64,000 nucleotides of DNA from a bacterium (lineage in GTDB: Bacteria; Patescibacteriota; Minisyncoccia; Phycocordibacterales; JAUSHB01): positions 13,556-77,555 of the forward strand of contig JAUSHB010000010.1 of assembly GCA_030648955.1 (NCBI GenBank), read 5' to 3'. This document shows positions 58,123 through 64,000 of the stretch, in pieces. The position numbers were made by a program, and so were the translations under genes. The first letter of the stretch is position 1, and every line of letters begins with the position of its first letter. The notes beneath the pieces are model-generated. The model did not search any database and had not been told where the DNA came from. It saw nothing but the letters and a program-made list of their open reading frames with translations.

Positions 58123-60468
58123 TTACTTAACGCCCTTCTCAATCGGCGGGACATAACGCTTGAGGAGGAGGGAGTTGAGAACGACTGATACTGATGAGAA
58201 TGCCATGGCGAATCCCGCGATTTCTGGGCGGAGCGTTGCTTGCGAGAGGCTCAAGAAATATGTTCCGAATCTTCCCAAGTTTTCACTCATCACAATCACC
58301 CAAGCCGCGGGGACGCCACCCACGAACGCAGTCTTTGTTATCAGGAGATGAATTCCTCCGGCGACTGGAATAGCAATAACGTTATAAAAGAACGCCCAGA
58401 AAAGATTCTGCCAAACTTTCTTAATTGTTTTTCCGGAAAGTTGGATCGCGGTCACCACGTCGCGAAGATCGTCTTTCACGAGCACGATTTCGCCCGTTTC
58501 AATAGCGACATCAGTTCCCGAACCGATTGCAATACCGACATCCGCTTGCGCAAGCGCAGGCGAGTCATTAATACCGTCTCCCACCATCGCGACAGTTTTT
58601 CCTTCTGCCTGAAGCTGTTTAACCATTTTTGCTTTATCTTGCGGCAACACTTCCGCCATCACCCGATCGATGCCGACTTCACGTCCGATCGCTTCTGCTG
58701 TTTTTTTATTATCGCCAGTAATCATCACGATCTCTTTGCCCATTTTTTTCAATTCCGCGATAGCTTCTTTTGCAAATGGCTTCAATGTGTCCGCCATTGC
58801 GATCATCGCGGTAGGAATTCCATCGACTGCCATAAACACAACTGTTTTTGCTTCGCCCTGCAATGTATCAACCTTATCTTGGTATAAAGCAATATCAATA
58901 CCGAGGTTTTTCATATACGCAGGATTTCCAATTTCAACTTTCTTATCGCTTCCCTTATCAAAAACCATCCCATACACGCCGTATCCAGAAATAGCTTTAA
59001 AATCTTTCGGCGATACGAGTTCCCCTTGCGCTTTTCCTTTCTCAATGACTGCGCGGGCAAGAGGATGTTCGGATCCTTGTTCTACGGACGCCGCGAGGAA
59101 TACTGCTTCCCCCTCATCAACTTGGGCTAATGGAAGCATGAGAAAATTTGTTACCACTGGCTTTCCTATTGTAAGTGTTCCCGTTTTATCAAACACAATC
59201 GCCGTAACCTTGTATGCTTTTTCAAGCGCTTCGCCGCCCTTCAAAATAATTCCATATTTTGCCGCACGTCCGATTCCCACCACGAGCGCTGTCGGTGTCG
59301 CAAGACCCATGGCGCACGGGCACGAGATCACGAGCACTGCAATCGTCGTCATGAGCGCCGCCCTAAACGGCAGCTCCGCAATGAAATACCAGCCGACAAA
59401 AACCAATATCGAAAGAACCACCACGGCAGGCACGAAGTATTCGCTGATTTTATCCACAAGATCCTGAATGGGGGCGCGAGATGCCTGTGCTTCTTCAACC
59501 ATTCTGACAATTTGAGATAAAAGCGTGTTTTTCCCGACTTTGGTCGCTTTGAACCTAATAAGTCCTTCTTGGTTTATGGTGGCGCCGATTACTTCTTCTC
59601 CGACACCCTTGCCAACCGGAAATGATTCTCCTGTTACTACCTTTTCATCAATATGAGTCCTCCCTTCAACAATAATGCCGTCCACGGGGATTTTCTCTCC
59701 CGGACGCACCACAACAATATCTCCCTCTTTAATTTCATTGATGGGAACCGTCATTTCCTTTCCATCGCGCACCACATGAGCTTCTTTTGCTTCAAGCTTA
59801 AGAAGTTCTTTGATAGCGTTTGACGCTCTCCCGCGCGCGAGCACTTCAATGTATCTGCCGAGAAGAATAAACACGAGAAGCGCAGCAGAGCTTTCCCAAA
59901 ATGGATGGCTTATATTAAACCAAAGGAATCCGATCATACTATAAAAATATGCGGCGGAAGTTCCGAGGACTACGAGCACATCCATATTTGCCGATCCGAC
60001 ACGAATCGCCGTGAATGCATTCCTATAAAATGACCAGCAAATAACAAATTGAATGGGCGTTGAAAGTATCCAGTAGAAGTAATTGAGATCGATCCCCCAG
60101 AGCTGATGCACGTGCTGGAGATTGAACATATGAACCGCCATGTAATACACAACAATGGGAGCGGCCAAAATAAATGCCGCGATCACGCGGTTTCGCGCCT
60201 GTTTGATCTGTTTTGCTTCTTTTTGTTCTTCTTCTTCGATCGTTGCGCTCTCTTCATCGGGACGAATCACATCATATCCGAGCTTATTGACAAACGCGTC
60301 AATTGTTTCGAGAGAAATTTTTGATTCATCAAACTCAATCGCTGTTTTTGCCGAGCCATAATTTGTTTTTACGCTCGTGACACCCGGCTGCTTGCCAACC
60401 AACTTGTCGATGAGAATCGAACACGATGCGCAATGCATTCCTTTTACTTTGAGTACTAGTTTTGCCAT
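58123..60468 (-). CDS. copA: Cu(I)-type P1B ATPase
   Basis: GMHCASC, TGES, CPC, DKTGT, SEHP, GDGIND, YN and M..SS. Confidence 0.95.
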   Translation of the reverse strand: MAKLVLKVKGMHCASCSILIDKLVGKQPGVTSVKTNYGSAKTAIEFDESKISLETIDAFVNKLGYDVIRPDEESATIEEEEQKEAKQIKQARNRVIAAFILAAPIVVYYMAVHMFNLQHVHQLWGIDLNYFYWILSTPIQFVICWSFYRNAFTAIRVGSANMDVLVVLGTSAAYFYSMIGFLWFNISHPFWESSAALLVFILLGRYIEVLARGRASNAIKELLKLEAKEAHVVRDGKEMTVPINEIKEGDIVVVRPGEKIPVDGIIVEGRTHIDEKVVTGESFPVGKGVGEEVIGATINQEGLIRFKATKVGKNTLLSQIVRMVEEAQASRAPIQDLVDKISEYFVPAVVVLSILVFVGWYFIAELPFRAALMTTIAVLVISCPCAMGLATPTALVVGIGRAAKYGIILKGGEALEKAYKVTAIVFDKTGTLTIGKPVVTNFLMLPLAQVDEGEAVFLAASVEQGSEHPLARAVIEKGKAQGELVSPKDFKAISGYGVYGMVFDKGSDKKVEIGNPAYMKNLGIDIALYQDKVDTLQGEAKTVVFMAVDGIPTAMIAMADTLKPFAKEAIAELKKMGKEIVMITGDNKKTAEAIGREVGIDRVMAEVLPQDKAKMVKQLQAEGKTVAMVGDGINDSPALAQADVGIAIGSGTDVAIETGEIVLVKDDLRDVVTAIQLSGKTIKKVWQNLFWAFFYNVIAIPVAGGIHLLITKTAFVGGVPAAWVIVMSENLGRFGTYFLSLSQATLRPEIAGFAMAFSSVSVVLNSLLLKRYVPPIEKGVK

Positions 60469-60486
60469 ACATTATTTATTATTATA

Positions 60487-60918
60487 TTACCGTGTTTCCA
60501 TAAGAGATTTTATATGAAGCTTGCCCACCTGATCTATGTGGCCACGGGCATGCCCATTTACCTCCCCATCACCACATGGGACAGAGCAATAAAATGGAAA
60601 TTCGCCCGGTTGTGTCGCCACAAATTGAATGTTGATGGTTGAAAGTGCCGGAATTCTTTCTGAAACGCCAAACGCGTCGATAGCAATGCCGTGGTCATAA
60701 CTATCTTCGTTTACTATCTTCAACATAACTTTGTCGCCCTGATTGACGGTTATATCGTCGGGTTCAAATTTCCATTCGTCTTTCTTTGCGGTCAGAGTAA
60801 ATTCGCGGACAATCCCCGTATCAAGGGGTTTCCGTTCGTCTCCTGAAAAAAAACGAAATGCGACACCAGCGCCAATGAGCACGACGAGCACTATTCCTAA
60901 TGTAATGTATTTATTCAT
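60487..60918 (-). CDS. Cupredoxin domain protein
   Basis: HG...GEFPFYCSVPCG...GH. Confidence 0.88.
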   Translation of the reverse strand: MNKYITLGIVLVVLIGAGVAFRFFSGDERKPLDTGIVREFTLTAKKDEWKFEPDDITVNQGDKVMLKIVNEDSYDHGIAIDAFGVSERIPALSTINIQFVATQPGEFPFYCSVPCGDGEVNGHARGHIDQVGKLHIKSLMETR

Positions 60919-61103
60919 GGCTACAAAATCAAATTTTAAAAATCAAAAATTAAAGTCACAATGTAAAGATAAAAATTAAAACATTAACATGCGCCTGTTA
61001 AGTCTTATAATCCTCTTACGTTTATAATTCCGATTTTACCATTCATTACTTTTAAATTTTCAATTGTCATTTTGCATTTTGACATTTACATTTTTATTTT
61101 TTG

Positions 61104-63590
61104 TCATTTAACCTGCAAAAATCGATGCACCCCATAACTCAAAAGTGACATAAGAATGATCGAGCTAATAAAAAGTGTCCACCATCGTGCCTGCGGATCA
61201 ACCTTGTTTGTCGATGGCACGACTGGTTTATTGACCTCTTTTGCGACCTTCACATAAAATTCAGCGCGGATTGCTTCATCGGGCGCAAGGTTTGCATCTT
61301 TGGGTCTGAACTGCGCAAAAAGTTTATACACGCCTTCCGTGGGAAAGGTAACACTGAACGGGAGTTCCGATGATTCTAGGTGGGGTTCTTCCACTCCACC
61401 ATGCGCACGAGCTGTTTTTATAATTACTTCCGACAACTGGGATTCTTCTCCATCGATCATCCCGTGATGACCGTCTGAATCATCGTGTCCGGTATTGTCC
61501 GGAGTAATTTCACTACCCGGACTGGCTGCAGCGCCCGGATGAGTATGAACATACTCACTTAAATCATCTTTAACGAGCACAAGATGCATAGGTGCCCCGA
61601 GATAACTTTCAAGCTCCACGCCATTGCCATAGAGATTTTTTACCGCAAGACGAATCGTTTCTTCTCTACCCTTCACGAGCGGCGCGCCATGACTAAACGC
61701 AACTTGATAATCGCCTACCATCGTATTCGAGAGAAAATCAACAGACTGCTTTGTGGAGGATACGACACTTCCATCCTTTCCAAACACCGAAAGTTTCGTG
61801 TGACCGAATGTATAAGCAGTACCGCCCTGTTTTATATCAGACCAAATTTTATATGTTCCCCCCTCGGTGAATGTATAGAGAACCTCCCACGTTCCCGCTT
61901 TTGTTTTCTTCGGATGAAGATGGAAGAATTGCGTAAGATCGTCTCGCATACCGATGACATGAATATATTTCTCGTGCGATATTTCAAGATCGTCAACCGG
62001 CTTTCCGGACAGTTTTTCATTCACAAAAAATTGCAATTTCACCGGCACTCCCACACCCGGATTCTTTGGAGCGATACTATTAACCACAAGACCTTCGATA
62101 ATTTCTCCTTCTTCACGTAATTGCGCGCTCGCGGACATTATATGGTCGTTTCCCATCATCATATCCCCATCGGTCATCACGTGACCGCCCGCTGTTGCAT
62201 TTGAGTCTATGGAATTTCCGACATCATCGTGCCCGTGAGGCATGCTTTCATCAAGAATAACGGGAGTTTTTTGGTCGGCAGTTTGAGTATTGTCTTCTTC
62301 TCCCATTACATGCGAAGTATCATTGGCGTCGAGAACTGAGTTTCCTGTCGAATCGTGTCCGTGAGGCATATTCTCGTCAATCGTGACCCCCATATGTCCG
62401 CCTTCAAGCGCTTCGTGTTTAAGAAAATTATGCGGAAGTATGTAGATAAAAATAAGTGCCAACACTATGGTGAGGGTGGTGAAGAATTTTTCACGGGACA
62501 TTAAAAGACCGTGCTCCGCATCTTTTTCCTTGACTTGATTCGCCTCGGGAATCATACTGACACGATTCTTTTCCCTAAACCACCACCACCAAATAGGGAA
62601 TACCCACAAAAACACCAAGAACCAATTGCCGAGCCAGAGCGGGAGACCAAAAAGTCCTGTCCCCACTTCCATGCCATGGTCATGAGTTACCGCACTGCCA
62701 ATATTTTGCTTAACGATATTAAGAAGTGATTCTTCTTGGGTTAGCTTTTCAAGCCCTGTATGAATCCCGGAGTTCACCCACCAATCGTGACTGAAAAGTC
62801 CGAGAGTGAGGATAAATCCAGCGACAAAAACCATCGCCCAGCCAGTAATTCGTTCAACTTTATCCTTTCGCGCAATAATCCATGAAAGCCCGTTGACTCC
62901 CATAATACCAAGAAGTGCAAGGAAAATAAGGGGTAATACTCGCCCAATCGCATGAACAAGGAAAAGCATCCATCCGTAGAGAACGTCTCCACTTGAAGCG
63001 ATCTCAACCAAGATAAGTGGCGTTGCGGGATGTGGACATCCGATGCCGACATTACCCAAGAAAAGTCCGAGAAGAAGCGCCTTGAGATAATCTTGTTTCT
63101 TTTGAATGAACGCCGGAGCTGCGCCAGTATAGGTCGGCATTCGGAATTTCATAAGGCCGATTTCGCTCAATGCAAAGACAAGCGCGAACATTCCGGCAAT
63201 AAAGTACACCCAGTTTTTAATAGTTTCGGCGGCATCAGAGCCGAGCGCACCGATGGCAGCCTTTCCAAAAAGCGCGGCGGCAACTCCGTAAAGACTTAGG
63301 GTAATCGCTATACCAAGCCCGAATGAAAGCGCCATACCAAGACCTTTCACAATTCCACGTCCCATAGAGAGCGGCACAATGACAAACGCGAGCGGCAAGG
63401 TGCACGGCAACACAATCATGGAAAGCCCGGCCGCAAAACTGAAGATCCACCAGAATAGTCCGAGGTTATTCGGATCTCCTGCCACAACGGTTCCCTTATA
63501 CGAAAAAAGCCAAAATAGACCTAGTGCGATAACTGCGAACAATACAATAGCGAGAAAAATAACAATCTTCTTAGAAACTTTTGATTCCAT
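61104..63590 (-). CDS. CcdA/DsbD-like membrane protein fused to His-rich and heavy-metal-binding domains
   Basis: LPCTLP and GCPHP Cys pair; MPHGHD repeats; H.HP and YLGA.MH motifs. Confidence 0.8.
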   Translation of the reverse strand: MESKVSKKIVIFLAIVLFAVIALGLFWLFSYKGTVVAGDPNNLGLFWWIFSFAAGLSMIVLPCTLPLAFVIVPLSMGRGIVKGLGMALSFGLGIAITLSLYGVAAALFGKAAIGALGSDAAETIKNWVYFIAGMFALVFALSEIGLMKFRMPTYTGAAPAFIQKKQDYLKALLLGLFLGNVGIGCPHPATPLILVEIASSGDVLYGWMLFLVHAIGRVLPLIFLALLGIMGVNGLSWIIARKDKVERITGWAMVFVAGFILTLGLFSHDWWVNSGIHTGLEKLTQEESLLNIVKQNIGSAVTHDHGMEVGTGLFGLPLWLGNWFLVFLWVFPIWWWWFREKNRVSMIPEANQVKEKDAEHGLLMSREKFFTTLTIVLALIFIYILPHNFLKHEALEGGHMGVTIDENMPHGHDSTGNSVLDANDTSHVMGEEDNTQTADQKTPVILDESMPHGHDDVGNSIDSNATAGGHVMTDGDMMMGNDHIMSASAQLREEGEIIEGLVVNSIAPKNPGVGVPVKLQFFVNEKLSGKPVDDLEISHEKYIHVIGMRDDLTQFFHLHPKKTKAGTWEVLYTFTEGGTYKIWSDIKQGGTAYTFGHTKLSVFGKDGSVVSSTKQSVDFLSNTMVGDYQVAFSHGAPLVKGREETIRLAVKNLYGNGVELESYLGAPMHLVLVKDDLSEYVHTHPGAAASPGSEITPDNTGHDDSDGHHGMIDGEESQLSEVIIKTARAHGGVEEPHLESSELPFSVTFPTEGVYKLFAQFRPKDANLAPDEAIRAEFYVKVAKEVNKPVVPSTNKVDPQARWWTLFISSIILMSLLSYGVHRFLQVK

Positions 63591-63598
63591 AAAATAAA

Positions 63599-63862
63599 TT
63601 ATTTTGAAAGTTCTGTGATGTACGTAATAAATTTTTCTTTATCAAACCCTCCTGTCGCCCATAATTCCCCGTTTATGATAATCCCTGGTGAAGCAAATAT
63701 CATATATTTCTGCGCAATCTCTTGCCCTTCTGAATCCATGATACTTACATTTTTGTAAGAAACGTTAGGCCAGTCTTTCTCCACTGAATGCCAAAATTCC
63801 TCAAATGCCTTGCAGTTGTGACAACCCGGCGATGATAATTCCTCAAGAGTGATTGGTTTCAT
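63599..63862 (-). CDS. Thioredoxin/glutaredoxin-like protein
   Basis: SPGCHNC; P.IIING. Confidence 0.85.
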   Translation of the reverse strand: MKPITLEELSSPGCHNCKAFEEFWHSVEKDWPNVSYKNVSIMDSEGQEIAQKYMIFASPGIIINGELWATGGFDKEKFITYITELSK

Positions 63863-64000
63863 TATGTAGTGCGAAAATCAAACTCGCCGGTTTTTTAAAA
63901 CATTTAAAGATATCACGTGGGTACAACAATAGTATATCAATTAAACAGAAGCTTAAGAAATAAAGTTATCCACAAAGTGCCTACCTGCACCCAACCATAC

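Noticed and set aside
58240-59467. Long plus-strand ORFs (215 and 265 aa) and similar ones opposite dnaK, plsC, leuS and the protease
   Set aside because: Antisense shadows of well-supported genes, with no motifs.
63966-63974. DnaA box TTATCCACA as oriC
   Set aside because: Single box at the window edge; no cluster and no dnaA/dnaN.

Overview
Chromosomal segment of a small-genome Patescibacteria/CPR (Parcubacteria-like) bacterium, genetic code 11, almost entirely minus-strand. The lineage is inferred from SD-less AT-rich housekeeping leaders, a short AlaRS, an FtsA-like plus baseplate-J-like gene pair and a sigma-r4/HARE-HTH protein. Core blocks: grpE-dnaK-dnaJ, infA-rpmJ-rpsM-rpsK-rpsD-rpoA-rplQ-rplM-rpsI, alaS, mnmA, mltG, leuS, ychF and a copper/thiol-redox cluster (57-64 kb). 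No rRNA, tRNA or CRISPR array was seen. The first 13.5 kb is accessory. (i) Six co-oriented copies of a ~50-bp palindromic, promoter-shaped repeat (4.3-10.8 kb) delimit gene cassettes (GNAT, methyltransferase, peptidase, NYN, DUF397, TA pair), with no integrase in the window. (ii) An AONS/CqsA-like PLP enzyme + decarboxylase-fold protein + 7TM sensor operon has been split by an insertion. Diverged duplicate gene ends (aminotransferase 3', copA 3', ychF 5') mark insertion points across the window. Other points: an AT-rich, motif-altered CP1 editing domain inside leuS; seven SD-led small-gene modules with terminators; an IS hotspot at 45-49 kb enclosing a bacteriocin-like gene; and two genes frameshifted by exact tandem duplications. 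All calls were made by eye from sequence and motifs, with no database searches.
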